Source: Candidatus Margulisiibacteriota bacterium
GTDB lineage: Bacteria > Margulisbacteria > WOR-1 > O2-12-FULL-45-9 > XYB2-FULL-48-7
Reading direction: 5' to 3'
Length of the DNA stretch: 64,000 bases
Assembly: GCA_041658645.1 (NCBI GenBank)
Contig: JBAZZV010000002.1
Coordinates: 35,828 to 99,827, forward strand
A program made the position numbers and the translations under genes. Position 1 is the first letter of the stretch. Each line of letters begins with the position of its first letter. Positions 36,770 through 46,477 of this stretch are shown here, piece by piece. Under the pieces are notes generated by a model. The model saw nothing but the letters and a program-made list of their open reading frames with translations. It searched no databases and was not told where the DNA came from.

Positions 36770-38130
36770 TAAGCGCCGCTGCCGGTCAAGACGACCGGGA
36801 CCGTCCGCAGCAGTATTTTGATGTCCAGCCAGAGCGACCAATTTTCGATGTAATAAATATCCAGCCGGACCATGTCGTCGAACGGCAGGAGCGACCGTCC
36901 GGAGACTTGCCAGGGGCCGGTTATCCCGGGGCGGACCCGCAGCCGCTTCAACTGCCAGGCATTATACTTGGCGACCTCGCGCGGCAGCGGCGGGCGCGGA
37001 CCGACCAGGCTCATGTGCCCGAAAAAAACGTTCAGTAATTGCGGCAACTCGTCGATGCTGTAGCGGCGCATAAAACGGCCGAGCGGCGTGATCCGCGGAT
37101 CATCTTTTATCTTAAAGAGGTGCCCCTCCGTTTCAGAGAGCCCGGCCAGTTCCGGCAATCGCTCTTCGGCATCCTTGGCCATCGAACGGAACTTGAACAT
37201 CGGAAAATTCTGGCCGTCCAGACCAACCCGCGGTTGGGAAAAAAAGACCGGACCGGGCGAGGTCAGTTTGACCAGCACGGCAAAGGCCAGCAAGACCGGG
37301 GAGATCAGCAGGAGGCCCAGCGAGGAGGCGGCGAGATCGACCCCCCGTTTCAACAGCGCGTTGAAGCCCTTTAACCGTATCTCGGAAACGGTCAGGAGCG
37401 GGACGCCCGCCAGTTCATCGACGTCAACCCGGCTGGCGATCAGCTCGAGCAGGCCAGGGACGATCTTGAACTCGACCCCCAGGCGCTCACAGTCGGTGAT
37501 GATATCGAGGATCTTCTCGGCAGGAAGCTGCGAGCTGGCGATCAGGACCTCTTCCACCTTCAACTCGCCGATCATTTGTTTTATCTGGCTGTTCAGTCCC
37601 GGTCTGGCCGGATCGTCATCGACAAAACCGGCCAACCGGTAACCGAGACCAGGGTCTTGTTCCATCTTACGGGCCAGCAATTGTCCCATCTCCCCAGCCC
37701 CGACGATCAAAGTATTTCTCAAGCCGACCCCTTTCAGCCGCATCGCCCTGGCCAGGGCAAAGCCGATCAGCCGGGTGCCGGTAAAGAGGACCAGCGCTAT
37801 CCACCAGGCGTTGAAAACGACCAGGCGGGAGACCCAGAATTCACGGTTCAGGAAGAGGAGACCAAGCAGGAGGAGGCTGGCCAGGGTGACCCCGCCAAAA
37901 ATATTGGCGACCTCGTCAACTAACGCCGTGAATTTTTTATTATCGTAGAAGCCGGTCAACTTGAAGATCGCCAGCCAGATCAAGGTAATGAACAGGAGAA
38001 CGTTAAAATATTTTTCAATGACCGGCAGTGAGGCCGGGGTGACAAAAAGGAGTACCTTGAAACGCAAATAATAACCGAGCAGGAAAGAGAGCACGATCAG
38101 GACCGCGTCGCCCAGCGCTTTGAAGATCAT
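36766..38130 (-). CDS. Polyprenyl-phosphate hexose-1-phosphate transferase (WbaP/CpsE family initiating sugar transferase).
   Basis: Four N-terminal TM helices, an NAD-binding-like LIVGAGEMG, and the C-terminal bacterial sugar transferase signature PRPPLP...RVRPGITGPWQVSGRS. Confidence 0.85.
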   Translation of the reverse strand: MIFKALGDAVLIVLSFLLGYYLRFKVLLFVTPASLPVIEKYFNVLLFITLIWLAIFKLTGFYDNKKFTALVDEVANIFGGVTLASLLLLGLLFLNREFWVSRLVVFNAWWIALVLFTGTRLIGFALARAMRLKGVGLRNTLIVGAGEMGQLLARKMEQDPGLGYRLAGFVDDDPARPGLNSQIKQMIGELKVEEVLIASSQLPAEKILDIITDCERLGVEFKIVPGLLELIASRVDVDELAGVPLLTVSEIRLKGFNALLKRGVDLAASSLGLLLISPVLLAFAVLVKLTSPGPVFFSQPRVGLDGQNFPMFKFRSMAKDAEERLPELAGLSETEGHLFKIKDDPRITPLGRFMRRYSIDELPQLLNVFFGHMSLVGPRPPLPREVAKYNAWQLKRLRVRPGITGPWQVSGRSLLPFDDMVRLDIYYIENWSLWLDIKILLRTVPVVLTGSGAY

Positions 38131-40328
38131 TTGACCCGTTCCAGGGCCTTGAAGACTTCAATATTGTCCGGAAAGCGGCGGTTCATCTCGCCAAAGATCC
38201 GCCGGGCATTATCCAGCCGCCCGAGGCGCCGGTTCAGCTCCTCCACTTTCATGATCGGCCCGGGGAGCGTCGGGTTGACGCTGAAAGCTTTCTCGTACTG
38301 GACCAGGGCTGCGGCTGGTTTCCCCTGCCGCTCCAGCAAGAAACCTCTTGTCTCATAAGCCTCGGCATAGTAGGGATCGATCTTCAGGGCGATCTCGTTG
38401 TTCTGCCAGGCTCGCTGGAAATAAACCGGGCCATTCCGTTCACCCAGCGCCAGACAAAGCCGGGCCAGCATATAAAAATTATCGGCGTTATAGGGATCGA
38501 TCTTGGTCCCGTATTCTAAGTACCTGGCAGCTTCAATGGTATTGCCCATATTTAGATTGGCGATCCCGAGATGAGAAACGGTCGTCCCCTCGAACGGTTG
38601 GATGGCCAGGGCTTTTTTCAATTCCTCCGCCGCCTGCGGCAAGGCTCTCATGTCGAGCATGGTCTTGCCCGCTTTAAAGTAAATGTCCGAGCGGAAAGAG
38701 AAAAAAGAGCAATAGACCAGCCCAACGCCGGCCAGGGCGACCAGGGAAACCCAGAGCCAGGGGATCTCGTCGACATTCAGTTTCTGCCGGGGTTCCGGGC
38801 TCGCCTCTTCACGGCCAACGACCATCACCACCCCCATCATCATCCAGAAAAGCGAAGTGATCGCGACCACGCCAAAACTGAACTGGTTCTGAATGAGATA
38901 AGCCAGGCTTCCCGCCATTAAGCCGGCCAACATCAACCGCTGGTTGTCGCTCGCCCCCCGGAGCTTGCTCCAACCGGTCCGAAAGACCAGGGCGATGATC
39001 CAGAAGTACAGGGCAAAACTGATCAGCCCCTTGGTCACCGGGACGTCGCAAGTCTCGTTATGGCAACGGTCCTGCTTGACATGGAAGGTCTCCTTGAAAC
39101 GGAAGAGGTCGGTCTCATAACGCGGAAAGACCATCTTAAGGACCTCGGGCCCGACGCCAAAAAGCGGGTTATCGGCCATAATGCCAAAAGCGCTTTTCCA
39201 GGTCTCGCCGCGCGAACCGGCCGCCCCTTTCAGTTCCAGCTGGCTGGAACTTACCCCCGAGGCGGAGATCTCTTCCTTGGCCGAGATCTCCCCGGCGAAA
39301 CGTTCAATGGGGGAATACTCCGTCCGGAGCATGGTAAAAGCCGTGATAGACACGATCACCACTCCCAGCAGCGCTAGCTCACGCCAATTCTTGAAGAGCC
39401 AGTGCCGGCCGGCCGCCAGGGCAAAAAGGACCGCCCCGGTCCCGAACCCCATATAGCCGCCGCGACTCTGGGTAAAATTAAGACAAATGAACATCGCCGC
39501 CAGGCAGATCACCCAAAGCACATCCTGGACCAGCGGATGGAGCTTATCGTAATTGAAGGCAAAAAGGACCGCCCCGGCCGTGACCAGCCCCCAGCCCAGG
39601 TACCAGACCAGGACATCCTGGGCGTCGAGGGTGTAGAGCATGACGATAAAAGTGACCTGGGAAAAGAAGAAATAACCGAGCGGCGCCAGCTGGCCGGTCC
39701 AGTCGATCTTTTTCGGGAATTGTTTCTCTTCCAGCAATAAGACCAGGCCGAGGAAGAAAGCCATCAGGACGTAGGCCGCCAGGAAGTTCGGCTGGCCGAT
39801 CGTGCCGATGACCCGCTGCCAGGTGATCACCCCACCCCACATGTACGGGTCGATCTCCTGGCGCTGGATCACGCCATAAACCGACATCAGGGTGGCGGAA
39901 GAAACTACCGCGGTGAACAGCCGCTTGATCTGGGCCGAATTATGGACGAAATTCGTTACCAGCAAAAAGAGCAGGCCGAAAATATACCAGGTGGTCAAAC
40001 CTTCGAAGCGCCCGTAAAAACCGGTCAAACTGATGTAGACCTGGACCGAGGTCAGGGCGGCGACCGTGGTCGTCAAGAGATAAGCAGCTATCGGCCAATC
40101 CAGGACGGTCCGGAAAAAACGATGTTCCCGGCGGACCAGCAGTTTGATCGCCCAGGCAGACATGGTCACGACCACAAAGACCCGGAGCCAGGCGATCTTG
40201 GCCCCGGAAAAAACGATGCCGAGCCGCCGGTCAAAAATGGTTGGGACCAGGAAGACGATCACCAGCAGGCAGACCTCGATCAGCGCGTCGAACGAGAAGA
40301 ACTTATTATCGGCCGAACTTTTCTTCAT
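38127..40328 (-). CDS. O-antigen ligase-like (Wzy_C) polytopic membrane protein fused to C-terminal TPR repeats (733 aa).
   Basis: Ten or more TM helices with the Wzy_C motif FTQSRGGYMGFGTGAVL. C-terminal about 200 aa of TPR repeats. Confidence 0.75.
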   Translation of the reverse strand: MKKSSADNKFFSFDALIEVCLLVIVFLVPTIFDRRLGIVFSGAKIAWLRVFVVVTMSAWAIKLLVRREHRFFRTVLDWPIAAYLLTTTVAALTSVQVYISLTGFYGRFEGLTTWYIFGLLFLLVTNFVHNSAQIKRLFTAVVSSATLMSVYGVIQRQEIDPYMWGGVITWQRVIGTIGQPNFLAAYVLMAFFLGLVLLLEEKQFPKKIDWTGQLAPLGYFFFSQVTFIVMLYTLDAQDVLVWYLGWGLVTAGAVLFAFNYDKLHPLVQDVLWVICLAAMFICLNFTQSRGGYMGFGTGAVLFALAAGRHWLFKNWRELALLGVVIVSITAFTMLRTEYSPIERFAGEISAKEEISASGVSSSQLELKGAAGSRGETWKSAFGIMADNPLFGVGPEVLKMVFPRYETDLFRFKETFHVKQDRCHNETCDVPVTKGLISFALYFWIIALVFRTGWSKLRGASDNQRLMLAGLMAGSLAYLIQNQFSFGVVAITSLFWMMMGVVMVVGREEASPEPRQKLNVDEIPWLWVSLVALAGVGLVYCSFFSFRSDIYFKAGKTMLDMRALPQAAEELKKALAIQPFEGTTVSHLGIANLNMGNTIEAARYLEYGTKIDPYNADNFYMLARLCLALGERNGPVYFQRAWQNNEIALKIDPYYAEAYETRGFLLERQGKPAAALVQYEKAFSVNPTLPGPIMKVEELNRRLGRLDNARRIFGEMNRRFPDNIEVFKALERVK

Positions 40329-41403
40329 ATTTCTCCTTAACGAAAGCTGCCAGCTGGCGGCTGAAATGCCGTTTATCGAACTTCAGGGCGTGCGCCCGGA
40401 CCCGCGACTTGTCGAACAACTTGAACTTAAACCTCTGCAGGGTCGAAACCAGCGCGGCCGGCGTCGGCTCGTCAAAGAAGAGCCCGGTCTCATCCTCGAT
40501 GACCGTTTCCAGCGCCCCGCCGGCCCGGTAAGCGATGACCGGCCGGCCACAAGACATCGCCTCGACCGGCGTGATCCCAAAATCCTCTTCGCCGGGAAAG
40601 ATCAGGGCCCGGCACTCCGCCATAAGTTTAGCGACTTCAAAATCCGACAACCTGCCCAGGAACTCGGTATTGCGCCCCGCCAGCCGCTGCAGACGCCCCT
40701 TATCGGGACCGTCACCGACTATTTTCAAGGGAAGGTCGAGCTCTTTGCAGGCCGCGACGGCGAGCTCGACCCTTTTATAGGCGTTCAACCGCGAGACCAG
40801 CAGGAAGTGGTCCCGCTCGATCCCCGCCGGCTGGAAGAAATCAGTTTCCACCGGCGGGTAAATTATAGCAGATTCACGACCGTAAATCTGCTTGATCCGG
40901 TCCGCCACCACCCGGGAAATGGCGATAAAATGATCGACCGAGGCGGAATTGCGCCGGTCCCATTGTTTGATCGGCTCCAGGAAAAACGGGAGAAGCTGCT
41001 TGATAAAGCCGGGGAACGGTTCGTTCCGGACATAATCATCATAGCGCCAGCCAAAACGCATCGGGGTGTAACAATAACAGACATGCAGCTGGCCCGGCTG
41101 CTTTCTCACCCCCTTGGCAAAGGCTGAACTCGAAGAGAGGATGACCTCATAGGCCGCCAGGTCGATCCCCTCAAAGGCCAGCGGATAGATCATAAAGTAG
41201 AGTTTGAACAGTTGATGGACAAAAGGGAGCCGCTGCATAAAAGTGGTCCTGATATCCATCCGCCGGAAAGGTTCCGGCAGACGGTCCGGGGCATAGATCG
41301 AAGTGTAGAGCGGCGCGTCCGGGTAAAGCTCGTGCAGGACGGCCACCACGCGTTCCGCTCCCCCGAACTGGCTTAAAAAATCATGGACCAACGCCAACTT
41401 CAT
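40306..41403 (-). CDS. Family-4 (GT-B) glycosyltransferase.
   Basis: LLVSRLNAYKRVELAVAAC...FPGEEDFGITPVEAMSCGRPVIA is the GT4 EX7E-type motif. Confidence 0.8.
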   Translation of the reverse strand: MKLALVHDFLSQFGGAERVVAVLHELYPDAPLYTSIYAPDRLPEPFRRMDIRTTFMQRLPFVHQLFKLYFMIYPLAFEGIDLAAYEVILSSSSAFAKGVRKQPGQLHVCYCYTPMRFGWRYDDYVRNEPFPGFIKQLLPFFLEPIKQWDRRNSASVDHFIAISRVVADRIKQIYGRESAIIYPPVETDFFQPAGIERDHFLLVSRLNAYKRVELAVAACKELDLPLKIVGDGPDKGRLQRLAGRNTEFLGRLSDFEVAKLMAECRALIFPGEEDFGITPVEAMSCGRPVIAYRAGGALETVIEDETGLFFDEPTPAALVSTLQRFKFKLFDKSRVRAHALKFDKRHFSRQLAAFVKEKYEEKFGR

Positions 41404-42383
41404 TTTGGATAGTTCTTTAGCCTCGCCAGGTCAGCCGTCACCATCATCTTGACCAGTTCGGCAAACCTGACCTTCGGCTGCCAGCCGAACTTCTGTTGGG
41501 CTTTGGCGTAGTCGCCGCAGAGCAGATTGACCTCGGCCGGGCGGAAGAACTTGTCGTCCACCAGGAGATATTTGGCCGGGTCGAGGTCCAAAGTGCGGCA
41601 GGCCAGCTCGGCGAATTCCCGGACCGAGTGGGTCTCCCCCGTGGCGATCACGTAATCGTCCGGTTTGTCCTGCTGCAGCATCTGCCACATCGCCTCGACA
41701 TAATCACCGGCAAACCCCCAATCGCGCTTCGCCTCCAGGTTACCCAGGCGCAGCTCCCGGTCCAGGCCTAGTTTTATTTTAGCCACTCCGTTACTGATCT
41801 TCCTGGTCACGAACTCAAAGCCGCGGCGCGGCGACTCATGATTGAATAAAATGCCGCTGGCGGCGAATAAGTTGTACGCCTCCCGATAGTTCCTGGTCAG
41901 GTCGAAACCGGCCACTTTGGAAATGCCATAGGGCGATCTGGGGTGGAAGTGGGTCTGTTCATTCTGGGGTGATTCATTGACCAGGCCGAACATCTCCGAC
42001 GAGCCGGCAAAATAGAAGCGGCAAGCCGGGCAGCGCTCCTTCAAGGCGGAGAGGACATAATGCGTTCCATTTAGGTTAATGTTGATAGTGGAGAACTCAT
42101 CTTCAAAAGAATAACTGACAAAGCTCTGCGCCGCCAGATGATAACACTCGTCCGGCATTATTTTTTCAACTGTCTTAAAAATGCTGGCGTAGTTCTCGAG
42201 GGAAGCCGAGTGCAGCTGCAACCGGTCATAGATGTGCCGCAAGCGCCACATGCGGTGCTCAATGTCCTCAAAAGCGACCCGGCGGACAATACCATGGACC
42301 TCATATCCTTTGGCCAGTAATAATTCCGAGAGATATGAGCCATCCTGACCGGTGATACCGGTGATCAACGCTTTCTTTTTCAT
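41400..42383 (-). CDS. gmd: GDP-mannose 4,6-dehydratase.
   Basis: KKALITGITGQDGSYLSELLLAKGYEVHGIVRR...YGISKV; short-chain dehydratase. Very close to Gmd consensus. Confidence 0.9.
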   Translation of the reverse strand: MKKKALITGITGQDGSYLSELLLAKGYEVHGIVRRVAFEDIEHRMWRLRHIYDRLQLHSASLENYASIFKTVEKIMPDECYHLAAQSFVSYSFEDEFSTININLNGTHYVLSALKERCPACRFYFAGSSEMFGLVNESPQNEQTHFHPRSPYGISKVAGFDLTRNYREAYNLFAASGILFNHESPRRGFEFVTRKISNGVAKIKLGLDRELRLGNLEAKRDWGFAGDYVEAMWQMLQQDKPDDYVIATGETHSVREFAELACRTLDLDPAKYLLVDDKFFRPAEVNLLCGDYAKAQQKFGWQPKVRFAELVKMMVTADLARLKNYPK

Positions 42384-43486
42384 CTCTTTGCTCCCCCCCT
42401 GTCTAAATGATAACCTTTCTCCAGCATGAGATCAAAACTCCGCCGCGCCTGGTCGCAGAGCCTCCGGCAGTGGAGTTCGAGCTCCAGTCTCCGGTCGAGC
42501 GGCCGCAGCAGGAGTTCGGCCAGACGGTCGGGGAATTCCGCCCCGGCGCTGACCTCAACGCACGGTTGCTCAACCAACCGGGCGAAGGAGCTGACTTTCG
42601 GATCATACGACAAAGCGAGACAATTAACCTTGGCTAGCGTGGCAAAGATCACGGCGTGCAGCCGCATCGCCACGACCAGGTCAAAATGCGGGAACATGGC
42701 GAGCATCTCTTCCGGCCGGCAGAGGCGGTAAATGACGTGATAGGGAACGGTCAGGCGGTCGATAACCTTGCGGGCCATCCCCATATCCTCGGGACACTGG
42801 AAAAGCAGAAAAACCGGCTGGCGGCGCGGTGATCTGTTCAGTTCCGCCGCGATCTCTTGGGCCAGCCTGTTTTCCAGCTCTGATTGGCCTTTCAACCCGC
42901 GCAGGGCGAGCCCGACCAGTGGCACGCCGGCCGGCACCCCTTCCAGTGCCAGGACCTTCCGGCCTTCGACCAGCGGCGGCACAGTGTCGAGCAGGGTCGG
43001 ATCGGCAGTCACGACGATCTCCGGGCGGCCCACCCCCAGCCGTTCCAACTCCTGGCGCGACTCGTCATCGCGCAAGGTGATCAGGTCAACCCGGTTCAGG
43101 ACCACTCTGGCCAGGAGACGGTTGAGCCGTCCGCGCAGCGGGCCAAAACCCTGGGCCAGGATAACGACCCGGCGGCCCAGCCGCTTGGCTAACCAAACCA
43201 GGCCAAGATAATAAAGGAAACTGCGCCGGCTGGTCGCGTCCTGAAAAAGGGTCCCCCCCCCGCTGACAAAAATATCCGCCTGGCGAAGCTCCCGGATGAT
43301 CCGGAACAAAGAGTAACGCGGTATCGCCCTGACCCGGTTCAACTCGGCCGTCAGTTGGGGCGCGGCGGAGAGGACACAGATCTCGGCGTCAGGGACGCGG
43401 CTGGTCAATTCATTAAGGATCGCCTGGAGGACCGCTTCGTCGCCGACATTGCCAAAACCATAATAGCCGGATAGAACTATTCTCAC
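42380..43486 (-). CDS. csaB: Polysaccharide pyruvyl transferase CsaB-like.
   Basis: MRIVLSGYYGFGNVGDEAVLQAIL is the diagnostic CsaB N-terminus. The length of 368 aa fits. Confidence 0.8.
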   Translation of the reverse strand: MRIVLSGYYGFGNVGDEAVLQAILNELTSRVPDAEICVLSAAPQLTAELNRVRAIPRYSLFRIIRELRQADIFVSGGGTLFQDATSRRSFLYYLGLVWLAKRLGRRVVILAQGFGPLRGRLNRLLARVVLNRVDLITLRDDESRQELERLGVGRPEIVVTADPTLLDTVPPLVEGRKVLALEGVPAGVPLVGLALRGLKGQSELENRLAQEIAAELNRSPRRQPVFLLFQCPEDMGMARKVIDRLTVPYHVIYRLCRPEEMLAMFPHFDLVVAMRLHAVIFATLAKVNCLALSYDPKVSSFARLVEQPCVEVSAGAEFPDRLAELLLRPLDRRLELELHCRRLCDQARRSFDLMLEKGYHLDRGGAKR

Positions 43487-45390
43487 GAATGCTCACCCGA
43501 GTCAGCCACAAAACGGCTGGCGATGAACCAGGCCACCCAGCCGACGATCAGGCCAAGGACCAAACCGTTAAAGGTCCGGACAAGGGAGATCATGAGCGGC
43601 GTATGGATATGGGAGAAAGTATTGAAGACCGAGATCGGCGCGATCACCCCGACCGCCGCCAACAGCCAGAGCCATTGCGGCTTGCCGCGAAGAACAAAAA
43701 AGGCGGCCAGCATCAGGGCGGGATAACCGATCAGGAATTCTTTGGTCCGGGGACGGACGAAAAGGAGGATTTCCAATAAGTTCCGGAAGCTTTTTTCGAC
43801 CGCCGGGACCGGCAGGCTGAAGTTCCCCGAACGGGCGACCAGCACGGCCAGCGCCCCCAGACCGACCACCCCCAAACCGACGGCTAGTAAACTGACCTTG
43901 GTCCGGAGCAATTCGGTCAGGCGTTGCCGAATATCCCCCTCACCTGTCTTCAGAATAAAATAGGCCAAGACGACCGCGACCGGCAAGATCAATGCCGCCT
44001 TGACCGCCGGGAAGACCTCGACCCCGCTCATAAAACGGAAGTCGGCCAGCAGGCCGACCATCAGAAAAATGCCGACAGCCGTTTCCGCCAGGACATTCAG
44101 GATCGAAAAAGCGCCCTGCAGGAAACCGGGGCCGAACTTCTTGATCGGCCGGCCGAAGGTGGCGATCACCGCGTAAGACGGGAAGATCGTCGCCGCCGCG
44201 AAGGCCAGCCCTTTTTGTAGGAGTAGACCATACCCGGAGGTCACTCCGAGAAATATTCCTTCGATCAGGAGCAGGCAAAGAAGATAAAGCAACCAGATCG
44301 GCAAAGTGACAAAAAGGTCGAGGAGAAAAACCGCCCCGATCACCACGCCGCCACCAAGGACCAGGATCTCCCACTGGTTCAGGCTAAGCCGGTCCGTCCG
44401 CCCCACCGGGCCAAGCTGAAAGCCGGCTGCTTCCAGGCGCGTCTTTAATTCGCCGAAGTACTTCAAGTTGTAAGCGACCGGATAAGCCTCGATCTGCGGC
44501 GGGAGAAAAGGACGGAGATAGATCAAGCGGACGCCGCGTTCCCGGGCGGCCCGGACAAAACGGTCAAGCGCCTCTTCCTTGTCCAGCTTGATCAGCTCAT
44601 CTTTGGGAACGCTATGGACGCGCACCGCCTCTTCCCCCATCAGTTTCTTTAACTGGCTGTCGCCATCCTGCTTGACGATCTCAATGTAGCCGTATTTAAG
44701 CTTGAATTTTTTCAGCGCTTCAGCCAGCGCCGGGATGGCGTCCGGAGAGCCGAGTATCTCCTCACCGTCAAAAATGACCAGGCCGTAAGCTTTAAGCGCT
44801 TCGATCTTCCCTTCGATGTTGCCAAGATGGTAACGCGGATCGTTCCAGACCCGCGGCACGATGAGGAAACCCTTCCCCTCCAGGTACTTGCGCTGTGACT
44901 CGGAGATCCCCAGGCCAAGCACCCGCAGTTCTTCTTCCAGTTCGTCAACCTCGAGGATTTCTTTACCGAGGAACTTGAGCGGCCGCTCACCGAGCGCCAG
45001 CTTCAGCTGATTGTAGACCCGCTTCCGCACCTGGCTGTCCGGGGCATAGATGTAGACACGGTCGGGCTTAACCTTCCCCTGGAGCGACTTGAAACGGATG
45101 ATCCCCGTCCCTTTGGCGTAATAAAGTTCACCGGCGGCATTGGCATCGGGCAAGGTCTGTTCAAAAAGCCCGATATCGGTAATGCCGAGCTTTTTGATCT
45201 CCAGCAGGACGCTGTCGAGCGACTTCTTCTCATAGGCGGCCATTCGCTTGATATCGTTCAGGTCCATCACCAGTTCGACTGACTTCCCGCCCCGTTCCGC
45301 GAGGAAACGGCTAACCCCGAGGAAAGCGCCCAAAAGGACCGCGGCACTTAGCAACAGAACAAGAAAACCCCGGCCAATCTTATCGATCAT
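43483..45390 (-). CDS. Large polytopic membrane protein (635 aa), of the kind commonly found next to csaB (DUF5693-like).
   Basis: N-terminal TM helix, a soluble middle domain, then about 8 C-terminal TM helices. Translationally coupled to csaB and prfB. Confidence 0.6.
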   Translation of the reverse strand: MIDKIGRGFLVLLLSAAVLLGAFLGVSRFLAERGGKSVELVMDLNDIKRMAAYEKKSLDSVLLEIKKLGITDIGLFEQTLPDANAAGELYYAKGTGIIRFKSLQGKVKPDRVYIYAPDSQVRKRVYNQLKLALGERPLKFLGKEILEVDELEEELRVLGLGISESQRKYLEGKGFLIVPRVWNDPRYHLGNIEGKIEALKAYGLVIFDGEEILGSPDAIPALAEALKKFKLKYGYIEIVKQDGDSQLKKLMGEEAVRVHSVPKDELIKLDKEEALDRFVRAARERGVRLIYLRPFLPPQIEAYPVAYNLKYFGELKTRLEAAGFQLGPVGRTDRLSLNQWEILVLGGGVVIGAVFLLDLFVTLPIWLLYLLCLLLIEGIFLGVTSGYGLLLQKGLAFAAATIFPSYAVIATFGRPIKKFGPGFLQGAFSILNVLAETAVGIFLMVGLLADFRFMSGVEVFPAVKAALILPVAVVLAYFILKTGEGDIRQRLTELLRTKVSLLAVGLGVVGLGALAVLVARSGNFSLPVPAVEKSFRNLLEILLFVRPRTKEFLIGYPALMLAAFFVLRGKPQWLWLLAAVGVIAPISVFNTFSHIHTPLMISLVRTFNGLVLGLIVGWVAWFIASRFVADSGEHS

Positions 45391-46477
45391 CCCTTTTCAC
45401 TCCTCTCAATGAAGCTTCGATAAAAGCGTCCAGATCGCCGTCGATTACCCGTTGGACATCGCCCACTTCCACGCCGGTCCGGTGGTCCTTGACCATGGTA
45501 TAAGGCTGAAAAACATAAGAACGGATCTGGTTCCCCCACTCGATCTTTTTCTTTTCGCCCCGCAGTTCGTCGATCTTCTCTTTCTGCTGGGCCAGCATCA
45601 TTTCGTATAGTTTGGCCTTCAGGAGGCGGAGGGCGATGTCGCGGTTAACAAGTTGAGAGCGGTCAGATTGGCTCTGGGTAACAAGCCCGGTCGGCAGATG
45701 GGTGATCCGGATGGCTGAACTGACTTTGTTAACATTTTGTCCCCCCGGACCGGACGCCCGGTAGGTATCCACCCGCAAATCGTTTGGATTGATCTCGACT
45801 TTAAGGTCGTCTTCGATCTCCGGTATGACCTCGACCGAAGTAAAAGAAGTATGTCTTTTCCCTTCCGAGGAAAAAGGAGATATCCTGACCAGGCGATGGA
45901 CACCTGATTCCGCTTTCAAGTAACCATAGGCGTAAGGGCCGGTCACGACCAGGGTGACGTTCTTGAGTCCCGCTCCGTCGCCGTAGGAGATATCGGGCAT
46001 TTCCACGCCGTAGCCTTTGGTCTCGCACCAACGGGTATACATCCGCAGGAGAATTTGCGCCCAGTCCTGCGCGTCATCCCCGCCCGCCCCGGCATTGATC
46101 GCTAAAATAGCGTTATTGCTGTCGTACTGGCCAGAGAGCAAAGTCGCCAGCTCGAGCTCTGCGGCTTTCTTTTCCAGAGCATGTAATTCGGCAGCCAGAT
46201 CATTAAGATCAGCTTCCCCAGCCAGCGAAACCAGCGTCTTGAGGTCATCTAACCCGGCGCGCAGGGTAGCGAAACTGTTCAGCTCTTTCTCAATAGCTTT
46301 CTTTTCTTGGAGCAAACCTTTGGCCCGGGCCTGGTTCTCCCAGAGCTTCGGATCGGCGGTAGCCGCCTCGATCTCGGCCAATCGTTTTTGTTTCGCTTCG
46401 ATCGCCACTGTTTTTTCAATCTCCCGGCTCTTCTCGGCCAGACGGCCCAGCTTATCTTTTAATTCTTCAGGCAGCAT
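45380..46477 (-). CDS. prfB: Peptide chain release factor 2. It is encoded in a single frame, without the programmed +1 frameshift.
   Basis: SPF tripeptide ([20 protein letters not shown]) and GGQ ([12 protein letters not shown]). 365 aa in one ORF. The start overlaps the secA 3' end by 19 nt. Confidence 0.9.
   Translation of the reverse strand: MLPEELKDKLGRLAEKSREIEKTVAIEAKQKRLAEIEAATADPKLWENQARAKGLLQEKKAIEKELNSFATLRAGLDDLKTLVSLAGEADLNDLAAELHALEKKAAELELATLLSGQYDSNNAILAINAGAGGDDAQDWAQILLRMYTRWCETKGYGVEMPDISYGDGAGLKNVTLVVTGPYAYGYLKAESGVHRLVRISPFSSEGKRHTSFTSVEVIPEIEDDLKVEINPNDLRVDTYRASGPGGQNVNKVSSAIRITHLPTGLVTQSQSDRSQLVNRDIALRLLKAKLYEMMLAQQKEKIDELRGEKKKIEWGNQIRSYVFQPYTMVKDHRTGVEVGDVQRVIDGDLDAFIEASLRGVKRDDR

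Noticed and set aside
45380-46477. An expected programmed +1 frameshift in prfB.
   Set aside because: The N-terminal 25 codons and the remainder are in a single frame with no in-frame UGA. The protein aligns end-to-end with RF2.
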